Source of the DNA: Alphaproteobacteria bacterium
GTDB taxonomy: Bacteria; Pseudomonadota; Alphaproteobacteria; SMXP01
NCBI GenBank assembly: GCA_028285305.1
Contig: JANQPV010000004.1
Location: 152,605 to 216,604, forward strand
Direction of reading: 5' to 3'
Length of the DNA: 64,000 nt
How positions within the stretch are numbered: position 1 is the first letter of the stretch; every line of letters begins with the position of its first letter. Shown here piece by piece: positions 28,237 through 38,689 of the stretch. A program made the position numbers and the translations under genes. The notes under the pieces were generated by a model. It searched no databases, was not told the origin of the DNA, and saw nothing but the letters and a program-made list of their open reading frames with translations.

Positions 28237-29001
28237 ATGAATTGGAAAGCGCTAATGTATCTGGTCGTCCTCGCCGGTGCTTTTCTGGGCGGATTGGCAA
28301 TGGGCCGGGAAACGGATGGAACCTTTCAGATGGTGGAGGGGTTTTATGGGGTTTGGATTGCAGCAATGAGCTTGCTCGCCGTTTCGATGCTGCTGACATA
28401 CCGGTCGGTGGTGGTTGGGCCTCGAGGCGGTATCAGTGAGCGAAAGGTGCAGAAGCTCGAACTCAAAGCCGCCAAGCTGCGCAAGGCGAGCCTCAATCCA
28501 GTCTCACAAATCCGCTTACATTGGATCGGACGCCGCGCAAAGAATTTGGCCAAGCGCATAAATCCGGAATCTGAAGCGGATTTGATGCTGGTAAGGCGCC
28601 GGGTCCTGAGCGTCCGTCTGTTCTGGCAGATCTTCCTCTTGTTTGCGGGGTTTTGGGCGTTCGCTTATTTTGCAGCGCACACAGATGGTCAGCAAGCCTA
28701 TTATGATGGAGACTCGCAAGTAAGTGTCATGAAAGCGGGTCTCTTCTCCGTTGATCAACTCTTGCGGGGGGTGGTGTTTGATCTGTTTGAGACGCTCGAT
28801 TGGAGCCTCTCGGGCCTCGATCACAATTCCGAAAATTCCTTGTTCGTCACCCTCATCGTGGCGTTCAGAGCCCTGGTCGGCAGCGTCATCCTCGCGGCAA
28901 TTCTCATCTGGTTCGGCATGAACGACATGTGGAGCCGCAGAGCGCTCATCTCGTCGCGCAAGGAACTCAAAGACCGCCTGAGCGGGATATCGGGGGCATA
29001 G
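28237..29001 (+). CDS. Hypothetical membrane protein (about 5 TM with a basic coiled segment)
   Basis: ATG 28237. Hydrophobic helices flank a Lys/Arg-rich segment (KVQKLELKAAKLRKASL). No family recognised. Confidence 0.5.
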   Translation: MNWKALMYLVVLAGAFLGGLAMGRETDGTFQMVEGFYGVWIAAMSLLAVSMLLTYRSVVVGPRGGISERKVQKLELKAAKLRKASLNPVSQIRLHWIGRRAKNLAKRINPESEADLMLVRRRVLSVRLFWQIFLLFAGFWAFAYFAAHTDGQQAYYDGDSQVSVMKAGLFSVDQLLRGVVFDLFETLDWSLSGLDHNSENSLFVTLIVAFRALVGSVILAAILIWFGMNDMWSRRALISSRKELKDRLSGISGA

Positions 29002-29040
29002 AACAAATAACGCAGACGGACCGCGTTTTCTGAGGGACGG

Positions 29041-29409
29041 CTAAGACGACCAGGCTTGATAGGTGACAATGGCCAGCGGGATTAGCCCCGTCGTGTCGAC
29101 AAGCGCGATAGGCCTCAGAGGGCCTTCTGGAAAACCCGCCAGTCCGTAAACGGCCAAATAACCGATCATGCTGATCCCGACCACAACGCTGGCCGCCTTG
29201 CGGGCACTTGGATCGAAGGCCGCCAACACGGCAACGGCGAGCACGGCAAAGAACAACGCGCCCCGGTGTACGAGGAGGACACCCAGATCGCCGGACGCCT
29301 CAATCCCGTACAGGCGTTCAATCAGCTTCGGGGCAAAAAGCACGGCCGCCGGCGCTCCGTGCACGACGAAAGCGAGAATGAGCCAAGAGGTCTTGGTTGT
29401 GAGTTCCAT
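29041..29409 (-). CDS. Small membrane protein
   Basis: Trimmed to ATG 29407-29409 (MELTTKTSWLILAFVVHG...). Four hydrophobic helices. Confidence 0.45.
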   Translation of the reverse strand: MELTTKTSWLILAFVVHGAPAAVLFAPKLIERLYGIEASGDLGVLLVHRGALFFAVLAVAVLAAFDPSARKAASVVVGISMIGYLAVYGLAGFPEGPLRPIALVDTTGLIPLAIVTYQAWSS

Positions 29410-29783
29410 GACAACAGTCCAACGAACAATGAAGATGATAGCCTTGCGGGTATCCACAAATCCGTCATTCACGTGCCAGAATCAATTACCCGAGGGGTAA
29501 TGAAATGTCGTCTTGACACGTGATTGCGAGCGCACCGAAGCGGTCCAAGGGCGTGGAAACTTGGACCAATTCCAAGTACAGCCGTACTGGCTTGGACTTT
29601 CGGCTTCGAAGTTATACGGCGGATCATGTGTAGATCCGGCCCATGGAAGCGACTCGAATCCGACACCGCCACCTGAAGCGGCAGAAGTCCATGAACGATC
29701 GACCCTGGATCGCCGCGCCGACTGCAGGGGCTCGTGATGATGACCTGCTCTGCTGGCGAAGACGAGAAGAAGACTGGGACTTC

Positions 29784-30857
29784 TCACCCGCCCAATTGAT
29801 ACCCGGGCGTCGACAGAGACAGCGCTTGCTCCTCGGCGTCCATATCGGCCTCAATGCCCTCAAACAAGGGCGAAGAAAGATACCGCTCGCCCGTATCAGG
29901 CAGCATACAGAGGATCACGGAGCCCGGTTCGGCCTTCTCCGCCACTTGATGGGCGACCCCGAACGTGGCGCCGCCGGACACACCGGTGAAAATGCCTTCT
30001 TGCTGAGCGAGCTTCTTCGACCAGTCCATCGCGACCGGGCCGGCGATCGGGATCAGTTCATCGAAATACTTCTGATCGATCGATTCCTGCAAGACCAGCG
30101 GAATGAAATCCGGCGTCCATCCCTGAATGGGGTGGGGCTCAAACGCCGGGTGGCTATGGGCGGGCGAACCATCCGTATCTCGGCCTTGGGCATCGCCGCT
30201 GTCGACGAGCGCTGCATTAGCCGGCTCGGTCAAAATGATCCGTGTATCTGGACGTTCCCGGCGCAAGACGCGTCCCACACCTGTCAGTGTGCCGCCCGTT
30301 CCGTAGCCCGTGACGAAGGCGTCCAGCCGTTCGCCGGCGAAATCGGCAAGAATTTCCCGCGCCGTTGTGTTCTCGTGGATAAGGGCGTTGGCGGTCGTCT
30401 CAAACTGATGGGCGAGAAACCAACCGTTCGCTTTGGCCAGCTCAACCGCCTTTTTGTACATGCCAAACCCCTTTTGCTCTTTGGGCGTCAGCACCACTTT
30501 GGCGCCCAGAAAGCGCATCAGCTTGCGCCGTTCGATGGAAAAGCTTTCCGCCATCGTGACGACAAGCGGATAGCCTTTGGCGGCACACACCATGGCCAGA
30601 CCAATGCCCGTATTGCCGCTTGTCGCCTCCACGACCGTCTGGCCGGGCTTCAGCGAGCCGTCTCGCTCGGCTTCTTCGATGATGCTCACCGCCAGCCGGT
30701 CCTTAACCGAAGCAAGCGGATTGAAATACTCCGCCTTCGCATAAAGCCTCACATGATCCGGCGCCAACCGGTTGATGCGAATGCAGGGCGTATTGCCCAT
30801 CGTGTCGAGCACGTTGTTATAGAGGCGGCCGAGGCCGTCGGTGGTTCTGGCGGGCAT
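29784..30857 (-). CDS. cysK: Cysteine synthase A-type PLP enzyme
   Basis: PLP-lysine context NPLASVKDRLA, and TSGNTGIGLA. Confidence 0.85.
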   Translation of the reverse strand: MPARTTDGLGRLYNNVLDTMGNTPCIRINRLAPDHVRLYAKAEYFNPLASVKDRLAVSIIEEAERDGSLKPGQTVVEATSGNTGIGLAMVCAAKGYPLVVTMAESFSIERRKLMRFLGAKVVLTPKEQKGFGMYKKAVELAKANGWFLAHQFETTANALIHENTTAREILADFAGERLDAFVTGYGTGGTLTGVGRVLRRERPDTRIILTEPANAALVDSGDAQGRDTDGSPAHSHPAFEPHPIQGWTPDFIPLVLQESIDQKYFDELIPIAGPVAMDWSKKLAQQEGIFTGVSGGATFGVAHQVAEKAEPGSVILCMLPDTGERYLSSPLFEGIEADMDAEEQALSLSTPGYQLGG

Positions 30858-30947
30858 GTTTGGTCTCCTTTGAAGCTTGATCTCAGTGGCGCACTGCCGG
30901 AGAAATCCGAGGCGAGAGGACTATACCAAGGCGCCGCACGTTTTCCA

Positions 30948-31868
30948 TCACGCGTTCACCATTTCTTCTAGAATGCCCACATGCTCGCGAAACCGCGTGA
31001 CAGGATTGAGCAAGAGGTGACTGGCACCGGCATCGGCGATCTCGCACAGTTGGGAAAGAACTTGTTCAGGTGTTCCGTAGACGCCGCCTTCATCGGTAAT
31101 CTGCGGCGTCTCATAAACCTCGGCAAACCAACGATGGAGTTCCTCTCTGGCAATGCCGGGATCCTCATGAATGGATATGAAAACTCGCTTTGAGATCTTG
31201 AAGTCATCTGTTGAGCGGCCCGCGTCGGCCAAGGCTTGGCTTAGGTCTTTGACGTTTTGCCTAAAGAGATCCGTACCCGCACCGCCGGCTCCCATCCACC
31301 CGTCCGCCAAGTCGGCGGCGCGCCTCACCGCCTTGGGCGCATGTCCCCCCATCCAAATGGGCGGGTGCGGTTGCTGCACGGGCCTTGGAGACACCACCGC
31401 ATCTTGAACCTGATAGAATTCACCGTGAAAGGTGACAGGAGACTCAGTCCAAAGAGCTTTCATCAGCGCCAACTGTTCCTTGAACCGCCCCACGCGGCGC
31501 TCTACCGGCACTTGAAAGTCCTCATAGTAACTGGGCCGGCCCAAGCCGATGCCGAGAACGGTCCGTCCTTCGCTGAGAAAATCGAGGCTGGCAACTTGAT
31601 GCGCCACATGAATGGGATGGTAGTGGGGGAGGATCAGGACAGAGACGCCGAGCCGGATCCTGCTCGTAAAGCCTGCCAAGAAACTCAGTTCCGTGAGAGA
31701 ATCGAGACAGGTGGCTTTCCGGTCGACCGTATTGTTCGTCACCCAGAGGTCTTCGAAACCGATCGCCTCCGCGCGCAACGCGACATCGCGTATCTCGGCG
31801 ACGCTCAGGTCATCAAGGGACCTGTGTGGGACCGACAAGCCAAGCGAAATAGACTCTATCAAGGACAT
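30948..31868 (-). CDS. LLM-class (luciferase-like) flavin/F420-dependent oxidoreductase
   Basis: 306 aa. GRTVLGIGLGRP, PPIWMGGHAPKAVRRAADLADGW, typical of the LLM family. Confidence 0.8.
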   Translation of the reverse strand: MSLIESISLGLSVPHRSLDDLSVAEIRDVALRAEAIGFEDLWVTNNTVDRKATCLDSLTELSFLAGFTSRIRLGVSVLILPHYHPIHVAHQVASLDFLSEGRTVLGIGLGRPSYYEDFQVPVERRVGRFKEQLALMKALWTESPVTFHGEFYQVQDAVVSPRPVQQPHPPIWMGGHAPKAVRRAADLADGWMGAGGAGTDLFRQNVKDLSQALADAGRSTDDFKISKRVFISIHEDPGIAREELHRWFAEVYETPQITDEGGVYGTPEQVLSQLCEIADAGASHLLLNPVTRFREHVGILEEMVNA

Positions 31869-31995
31869 ATCTGGGTTCCGGTCTTTGGAATGGATATGCG
31901 GAATGCTCTCACGATAGCGGGAATGGGGAGGAGAGGGAATGGATCGTACAGCCTCTTGACTTGTTGAGTATTACTTTATAAAGCGTCACTCAACA

Positions 31996-32610
31996 ATGGA
32001 ACAGACACTCACAGAACCGAGACACGCGCCCGCCTATCGGCGCGCCCCGGAAAAGAAACGCGAGAAGATCCTGGCCGCCGCGCGCGATCTCTTTTCGGCC
32101 CAAGGCTATGATGCCACCTCCACGGTGCAGATCGCGGACAAGGCCGGCGTGTCCGAAGGCATTTTGTTTCATCACTTCGGCTCGAAGCGCGGGCTTCTTG
32201 CTCAGCTGGCGGAGCAATATACCCGGGACGCGGCGTCTGCGACCATGCCCAACGATCCGACCCTTGTGACCGAGGAGTTTGTGGTTCGCAGCGCCTTCGA
32301 TTTTTCCGACAGGGATCCCGGGCTTTATCGCCTATTCGAAGAGGCGGGACGCAAACTCGACGGCTTTGACGTCATCCGGCAAAGCGGCTTCATTGTCTCC
32401 GTCATCGAAGCCAATCTGAGGCGGGGCATGGCGGACGGCACGGTGAGAAGGGGCGACGCCCGCGTGATGGCGGAGCTTCACTTCGCTGTGGTAGACGGCG
32501 CTTATCGCGCCTGGCGCAAAACCGGCGATGCCTCACGCCGGGAAGTTTACATATTAGAGGCAATCAAAGCGATAAAAGCGATGCTAGCGCCCATTGCGGA
32601 GAAGAGTTAG
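31996..32610 (+). CDS. TetR-family transcriptional regulator
   Basis: TetR HTH (ILAAARDLFSAQGYDATSTVQIADKAGVSEGILFHHF). A 9-bp inverted repeat, TTGTTGAGT (31961-31969) and ACTCAACAA (31988-31996), lies just upstream and overlaps the ATG. Confidence 0.85.
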   Translation: MEQTLTEPRHAPAYRRAPEKKREKILAAARDLFSAQGYDATSTVQIADKAGVSEGILFHHFGSKRGLLAQLAEQYTRDAASATMPNDPTLVTEEFVVRSAFDFSDRDPGLYRLFEEAGRKLDGFDVIRQSGFIVSVIEANLRRGMADGTVRRGDARVMAELHFAVVDGAYRAWRKTGDASRREVYILEAIKAIKAMLAPIAEKS

Positions 32611-32654
32611 GGTAAAATCAACCGTCCGAAAACGGACAATCAAGGGAGAGACGC

Positions 32655-33983
32655 ATGAATGAACAACCGCAAATGAAAGTCGAAGACCGCTTCTGGTTGA
32701 AGGGAAATTTCGCGCCGGTGCATGAAGAGATCACCGAGACCAAGCTTGAGGTAACGGGCGCTATTCCCCCGGAGCTGAACGGTCGGTACTTCCGCAATGG
32801 CGCCAATCCTCCGTCCGGCGATACGCCCCACTGGTTCTTCGGCCACGGCATGATCCACGGAGTCGAGTTAAACGGTGGCAAAGCCAACTGGTATCGGAAC
32901 AGATACGTCCGCACACCCCTTTTAAATGCAGAAGATCAAGCGGTTGACGAAACGATGGAAGATTTGACCAAGTCCATCGCCAACACCCACATCATCGGCC
33001 ACGCTGGAAAGATTCTGGCGTTAGAAGAAGGCCACTGGCCCTATGAATTGTCGCCCGAACTCGACACGGTCGGCCCGTACAATTACGGCGGCAAGCTCAA
33101 GACCGGCATGACGGCGCACCCAAAGGTGTGCGGCGAAACCGGCGAGCTACTCTTCTTTGGGTATGGCCTCACGCCGCCATACTTGACCTATCACCGGGCT
33201 TCCGCAGACGGAGAATTGCTCCAAAGCGAAGTGATTGAGGTGAAGGGCGCCACCATGGTCCATGACTTCAACATCACGCGGAACCATGTAATCTTCATGG
33301 ATCTGCCGCTCATTTGGGATTTCGCCGCCGCCGAGAAATACGGCATGCCCATCCGCTGGTCCGACGACTACGGCGCCAGGCTAGGTGTGATGCCGAGAAA
33401 CGGCAAGAACGAAGACGTGGTCTGGTATGATATTGATCCGTGCTATGTCTATCATCCTCTTAACGCTTACGAGGACGGCGACACCATCGTCATCGATGTC
33501 TGCCGCATGGCCCATTCCATGAAAGAAGGCATGCCCGATGTTCCGCCGGTCCTTTATCAGTGGACGATCGACCTCAAGGCCGGCAAGGTCTCCGAGCGGC
33601 AGCTGGATGACCGGGCGGTGGATTTCCCCCGCGTCCCGGACCGCCTGGTGGGTCAGCCCTATCGCTATGGCTATACGGCCGAGTTCGGCGGTCTGCCGGC
33701 GGCCGCCGCCTTCCGCAAATACGACATGAAGACAGGCACGTCGACGGCGCATATCCTGAAGAACGGCCGCGCGGGCGGCGAGCCTGTGTTTGCCCCGGCC
33801 GCCGGCGCCAGCGCCGAGGATGACGGCTATCTTCTCAGCTTTGTCCACGACCCGGCGGAGAACAAGAGCGAGCTCGTCATTCTGGACGCCAGCAATGTGG
33901 AGGCCGACCCCGTGGCCCGCGTGCACTTGCCCGTGCGCGTGCCCGCCGGCTTCCACGGCAGCTGGATCCCGGACGCAGTTTAG
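32655..33983 (+). CDS. Carotenoid/stilbene-cleavage oxygenase (RPE65/CCD family)
   Basis: NFAPV near the N-terminus and four His contexts (TAHPK, VHDFN, YHPLNAY, FHGSW). AAGGGAGAG before the ATG. Confidence 0.85.
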   Translation: MNEQPQMKVEDRFWLKGNFAPVHEEITETKLEVTGAIPPELNGRYFRNGANPPSGDTPHWFFGHGMIHGVELNGGKANWYRNRYVRTPLLNAEDQAVDETMEDLTKSIANTHIIGHAGKILALEEGHWPYELSPELDTVGPYNYGGKLKTGMTAHPKVCGETGELLFFGYGLTPPYLTYHRASADGELLQSEVIEVKGATMVHDFNITRNHVIFMDLPLIWDFAAAEKYGMPIRWSDDYGARLGVMPRNGKNEDVVWYDIDPCYVYHPLNAYEDGDTIVIDVCRMAHSMKEGMPDVPPVLYQWTIDLKAGKVSERQLDDRAVDFPRVPDRLVGQPYRYGYTAEFGGLPAAAAFRKYDMKTGTSTAHILKNGRAGGEPVFAPAAGASAEDDGYLLSFVHDPAENKSELVILDASNVEADPVARVHLPVRVPAGFHGSWIPDAV

Positions 33984-34014
33984 TCCGCACACCCGACTAA
34001 CAGTATCCCAGAGG

Positions 34015-34040
34015 TTGGGCCGCCCTGAGGCGGCCCAATT
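34015..34040 (+). terminator. Stem-loop after the CCD gene
   Basis: TTGGGCCGCC-CTGA-GGCGGCCCAA followed by TT. Perfect 10-bp stem, 32 nt after the stop. The T-tail is short. Confidence 0.45.
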
Positions 34041-34591
34041 GCGGCTCGGCTCAGTACAACCCGATCTTGCGGACGGCTCTTGTCCCTGATCGTAAGGAAG
34101 TCTGACGTTCTTCCCACCAACTCAATCTCGCAGTGCAAAAACACACAAGTTTTCTTCGAGCAACGAGAATGGCAAAATCTCGCCGACATTGGCGGCCACA
34201 CACCAAGGGTCCGGTTCGTGCTTTCCAACACACCGTCCCGAACACACGCCGAACGAGCAAGCGTTCTCGTTCGGCGGCAACTTTCCTCCAAGCGAAAAGG
34301 CATGCTATAAGTTGGGCGCCCAAAGACGGACGCAGCGGATGCTTAATTTTTCGCTGAAGTAACGCAGGCGGAACATATTTCGGGCAGTGGACCAAAATCT
34401 TGGTGCTGGCCAGAAGATGGAGCTCTTCGACGTGTCGCCTTGGTGTGCGCATCTCAGAGGTCAGCGAGCAATTCCGGTACTGCAATGAAGTCAAAAGTCC
34501 TCGTCCGAAAACCGTTCCTGTTTGGCTGCACGCGGTAGCGGTGCAAAAGTTGAAGGCATGCTGCGGACCCCGACGACTTAGGAGTAAGACA

Positions 34592-35668
34592 ATGAAAACT
34601 CAGGCTGCCATAGCTTTTTCAGCTGACGAAGAATTGAAAATAGAAGAAGTCGATCTCGCCGACCCTGGTCCCGGTGAAGTGCGCGTCATGGTCGAAGCTT
34701 GTGGTGTATGCCGCAGCGATCTGAGTGCGCTGGAGGGCAAAGAGACAGTCCAGTTTCCAGTTGTCTTGGGACACGAAGGCGCCGGAATTGTTGAAGCCAT
34801 TGGCCAAGGAGTTCAGTCCCTGAAAGAAGGCGATCGCGTCATTCTTTCCTGGACGCCGGCATGCGGCGTCTGTTCGGGATGCCTGCGGGGCGAAGTCCAT
34901 CTTTGCGACGCCGTCAACATGACGACAGAAGGACGCGGACCGTTGACGTTGGGGCGCCAACCGCTCGATCGTTTCATGGCCCTTGGCGCTTTCTCACAGC
35001 ATGTGGTGGTCCCCGAAGCTATGGCCGTCGCCGTCAATTCATCATTGAATGCGGTCCATAGCTGTCTCATCGGGTGCGGCGTCACGACTGGCTTCGGCGC
35101 GGCCGTGAACACGGCGGCAATACGGTGGGGCGAGCGGGTCGCGATTTTTGGATGCGGCGGTGTGGGCCTCGCTGCGATACAGGGCGCACGGGTTGCGGGA
35201 GCCGCCCAGATCATTGCGGTCGATCCCATTCCTCAGCGTCGTGACGCCGCTTTGGAGTTAGGCGCCACATCGGCCCTCGAGCCCGCGCTTGCTGTGAAAA
35301 CAATCCTGGGTGACACCCAAGGGGGTGTTGATGCGGCGATCGAATGTGTCGGCAACCCCGAGGTTATGGCCGACGCATTCAACGTCATTCGGCCGGGCGG
35401 GCGGTGCGTCGTCGTGGGCTTACCCGCTTACACCGAAATGCTGACGATTCCCGCAATCATGCTGCTGCAGGAAAAATCGATTACGGGCTCCATATACGGA
35501 TCGGCCAATCCAGCCGTCGATTTTCAGAAGATCGCGTCGCTTGGTGACAACAAGCAACTGTTGTTCGAGCCGCTCGTGGACAAAATTCGTCCCTTCACTG
35601 AAATCAACGAGGGATTTGCGGAGATGCGCGAAGGCTCTCTCGTGCGGGTTGTACTGACCTTTTCCTGA
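34592..35668 (+). CDS. Zinc-dependent alcohol dehydrogenase
   Basis: GVCRSDL, GHEGAGIVEAIG, GCGGVGLAAIQGA. ATG 34592 preceded by GGAG. Confidence 0.9.
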   Translation: MKTQAAIAFSADEELKIEEVDLADPGPGEVRVMVEACGVCRSDLSALEGKETVQFPVVLGHEGAGIVEAIGQGVQSLKEGDRVILSWTPACGVCSGCLRGEVHLCDAVNMTTEGRGPLTLGRQPLDRFMALGAFSQHVVVPEAMAVAVNSSLNAVHSCLIGCGVTTGFGAAVNTAAIRWGERVAIFGCGGVGLAAIQGARVAGAAQIIAVDPIPQRRDAALELGATSALEPALAVKTILGDTQGGVDAAIECVGNPEVMADAFNVIRPGGRCVVVGLPAYTEMLTIPAIMLLQEKSITGSIYGSANPAVDFQKIASLGDNKQLLFEPLVDKIRPFTEINEGFAEMREGSLVRVVLTFS

Positions 35669-36061
35669 ACAGCGGAGGGACGGCGTTCCGCTGTGCGTGC
35701 GGGCATCTGATTTGATATCCCATCCTTTTTGCTTGCCTGTTAGCGGCTTCTGCGGATCCGTGTTTGGTCTTTCGGGTGAAGCGCATTTGGTGATCAACAG
35801 ACATGGGAGATCCAATGGTGGCAACGTAGACGGACGTTTGGCTTATCTAGGCGAAGGCTTCAGCAGAACAAGCCATCACTTTTTTCCGTCTTGTCGTTAT
35901 TCGTCAACGCACATTGCCAATGAGGTGTGCCTCGTTCCGTGTTGGGCCGAATTCGCATGACAATCCGCGCAGATATGCTGAACACAAACTGAAGCAGCTG
36001 CATTGCGGCCAAAAACTTCTGACCTATCACCGCGGTCAGTGAAAAACACGCCGCTACCCCC

Positions 36062-36230
36062 TTACGAATTAAACTTGCTGAGGTCCGGGTTCTTGGCGTA
36101 GGCCGCCCACAACGTCCCGCATATGGGCTTCGTCCGCGCCTCCGGCGGTCATCTCTGTGAGTGATCGCCTCTGCACTGTTTGAAGACGATTTGCCCGATA
36201 AGATCGATCTCGCGTCCATGCCTGTATCAT
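36062..36230 (-). pseudogene. Degraded 3'-terminal fragment of hslU
   Basis: Minus-strand frames read ...ANRLQTVQRRSLTEMTAGGADEAHMRDVVGGL and then, after a 1-nt frameshift, AKNPDLSKFNS-stop. The intact HslU reads ...[17 protein letters not shown]...[25 protein letters not shown]-stop. At nucleotide level AAACTTGCTGAGGTCCGGGTTCTTGGC aligns with AAACTTGCTCAGATCCGCGTTCTTGGC at 39693-39719. Confidence 0.75.
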
Positions 36231-36608
36231 TATAGGGTCTGACCCCTCTATAAGCCATCTGCGTATCCCGACCTGCGCGCCGCGGGCGGAGAGATGGTTC
36301 AACCCCCTCCGATATGTTCTGCCAAACCTTTCTTGATTTTCGATTGGAAAATCCTATCGGCCGGTCCCTCACCTAAGACTTCTCGTAAAGGAGCTCGAAT
36401 GCTAGCGAGTGTACTACTACAAAGCGATAGTCTGATAAGCAAAACCCCGTTGGAGACTCGCGCGGAACAGGACCCTCGTTGAACATCGGCTGAAGCGCTT
36501 CGTGAATTTCGGGCTGGTCGATTGGTCGCCGCCACACAACAGCTCGCACCAAGAATGCGAGCAAGAAAAGAACACAACATAAGAAAACGAGGAGGGAGGG
36601 CGTGGCCC

Positions 36609-38054
36609 ATGGAGGAGGATCCGAAACTTGGTGCGGGAGCGAACGCCGCCACCGCTGGAGGCGTGAACACAACTCCTAAGGAATCCGCCGCCCAGGCGGT
36701 CGGTGCCACCACCGGTGCAGCGCAGTCCACGCAAAAGCTCGACGCCTCAGGAGCAGCGGCCGCTTATCCCAGCCATACCAGTTTGTTCGGGTTTCGTGTC
36801 ACTTACCGCGCCTATGTGCTCTTCCTGCTGACAGCGGTCTACCTTATCAATTTCGTCGACCGGCAGATCATTTCGATCCTGCTGCCGTTTATTAAGGAGG
36901 AGTTTCAGGTCAGCGACACCTGGCTTGGCCTCTTAAGCGGCTTGGCGTTCGGTCTCTTCTACGCCACCCTTGGCATTCCTATCGCCCGCCTTGCCGACCG
37001 GCACAGCCGCAAACACATCATCTCGGCCTCTCTCGCCCTGTTTTCGTTTATGACGGTGGTATGCGGAATGGCCACGCAGTTTTGGCATCTGTTCCTGGCG
37101 CGCATGGGCGTGGGCGTCGGCGAAGCGGGAACAAGCCCGCCGTCCCATTCCATCATCGCGGATCTCTACAAACCGGAGGAGCGCGCGACGGCCATGGGCA
37201 TCTTTGCCCTGGGCGTGCCCCTTGGCATTATGGTCGGGTTCTTTGCGGGCGGCCAAATCGCGGCGGCCTTCGACTGGCGCGTCGCGTTCATCGCGGCCGG
37301 CCTGCCCGGCTTGGTGCTTGCCGTCATTGTTCATTTCAGCTTGAAAGATCCGCCCCGCGGCTTTGCAGACAACCGCCACCACGAAACACCGGAGCAACCA
37401 CCTCTCGGTGAAGTCGTGCGCATTCTCATTTCAAGGGGCGCTTTTGTCCATATTTGCTTTGGCTCGGCCCTCAGCGCCCTCGTTGGCTATGGCGTCGCCC
37501 AGTGGGTGCCCTCATATCTCGTCCGGACCCATCAGATGGACATCGGCACGGTCGGGCTTGTCCTTGCCTTGATCTTCGGTGTGTGCGGGGGAATTGGGAC
37601 GTTCTTCGGCGGATATCTCGCTGACCGCCTGGCGCGCCGGGATGTCCGTTGGACCATGTGGCTGCCGGCTTTAGGGGTGACGATCTCGACGCCCTTCGCG
37701 CTCTTCTTCTATCTCTCCGACTCGGTCGTCATCGGCATCCTTGCGTTCTTGCTGCCGGCGACGTTAGGCGCGATCTTCTTAGCGCCGGCGCTGTCCATCT
37801 GCCAGTCCCTTGTCCCGACGGCCATGCGGGCCACCACGTCGGCGGTGTTTTTGTTCATCACCAACATCGTCGGTCTGGGCCTTGGACCGCTCGCGATCGG
37901 TATGCTGAGCGATATGCTGCTGCCGGCGGCGGGCGACGCAAGTACGGCGCTGCGCTGGTCGCTGGCGCTCGTCTCCCTGATCGGACTTTGGGCCGCCCTT
38001 CATATGTACTTGGCCTCGCGCTCGTTGAGGGACGATTTGGCCAAGGCGGAGTGA
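36609..38054 (+). CDS. MFS transporter (Spinster-like), paralogue of 43286-44650
   Basis: FVDRQIISILLPFIKEEF, IARLADRHSRK and FLARMGVGVGEAG motifs are shared with the second copy. The start is uncertain (ATG 36609 or the ORF-track start at 36522). Confidence 0.8.
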   Translation: MEEDPKLGAGANAATAGGVNTTPKESAAQAVGATTGAAQSTQKLDASGAAAAYPSHTSLFGFRVTYRAYVLFLLTAVYLINFVDRQIISILLPFIKEEFQVSDTWLGLLSGLAFGLFYATLGIPIARLADRHSRKHIISASLALFSFMTVVCGMATQFWHLFLARMGVGVGEAGTSPPSHSIIADLYKPEERATAMGIFALGVPLGIMVGFFAGGQIAAAFDWRVAFIAAGLPGLVLAVIVHFSLKDPPRGFADNRHHETPEQPPLGEVVRILISRGAFVHICFGSALSALVGYGVAQWVPSYLVRTHQMDIGTVGLVLALIFGVCGGIGTFFGGYLADRLARRDVRWTMWLPALGVTISTPFALFFYLSDSVVIGILAFLLPATLGAIFLAPALSICQSLVPTAMRATTSAVFLFITNIVGLGLGPLAIGMLSDMLLPAAGDASTALRWSLALVSLIGLWAALHMYLASRSLRDDLAKAE

Positions 38055-38132
38055 GTGCACTTCGGTGCAGAGCGCACTCACGCAATTCTAGTTCCGGGTG
38101 AAAGGGATCAGAGCCAATAAGGGCCTGAACCT

Positions 38133-38522
38133 TTAAGCCGCCGCTTGCAGCACCGGGCGGCTGTAAACGTCTTTCTCTGCAATACGACCATCGCGAAACG
38201 TATAGCGCTCCACGCCGATACGCTCGAAAGGCTCACCGCTCGCAATGTCCGTTCCGGTCACCCGGTAGGTCATGAAGGTCGCATCGGGGGCGTGGTGAAA
38301 AACAACGTCCTCGAACCGGACATCCTTTTGAAGGCCCCGCCGCTCCTCAAAAAACGCCGCCACTTGGTCACGCGACGTCATTTGCCGGGGCGTGTCGCCC
38401 ACCAAGATGGAGTAGGCGAAATCTTCCGTCACCACTTGGTACATGGCGTCCAGGTCCTGCTTAAAGAAAGCGCGGCCAAACGCCTTGAACAACGCATCGC
38501 GTTCTTCTGCGGTTGGGGTCAT
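38133..38522 (-). CDS. NTF2/SnoaL-like small protein
   Basis: 129 aa after trimming to ATG 38520-38522. The size and alternating pattern fit SnoaL-like folds (weak, by eye). Confidence 0.45.
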   Translation of the reverse strand: MTPTAEERDALFKAFGRAFFKQDLDAMYQVVTEDFAYSILVGDTPRQMTSRDQVAAFFEERRGLQKDVRFEDVVFHHAPDATFMTYRVTGTDIASGEPFERIGVERYTFRDGRIAEKDVYSRPVLQAAA

Positions 38523-38689
38523 GATTTCGGCTCCTTGGGTACGGTTTCTATTGGGTTTTATCAGGCAGGCGAAAAGTTGGAAAGCGATAGGAGATCTAAT
38601 CACAGGGTGAGTTTCGTTCAAAACGTACCGCCGGAACAGTGAGATGCTTTGACCCCTTACAAGGTCATAGGGACTATGCTTATACGTGG

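Noticed and set aside
29643-30971. 442-aa plus-strand ORF
   Set aside because: It is antisense to the well-supported cysK gene and overlaps the 3' end of the LLM gene (30948-30971). It is Arg/Gly/His-rich with no motifs. This is a typical long spurious frame in GC-rich DNA.
27364-30985. Shared 11-mer TTCTAGAATGC downstream of the RAYT and at the LLM gene 3' end, considered as a third 3'-end echo
   Set aside because: Hundreds of 11-mer matches are expected by chance in a 64-kb window, and the flanking sequence does not align.
35860-36372. 170-aa minus-strand ORF in the ADH-MFS gap
   Set aside because: It overlaps the hslU remnant out of frame and has basic low-complexity composition. The real signal here is the pseudogene fragment.
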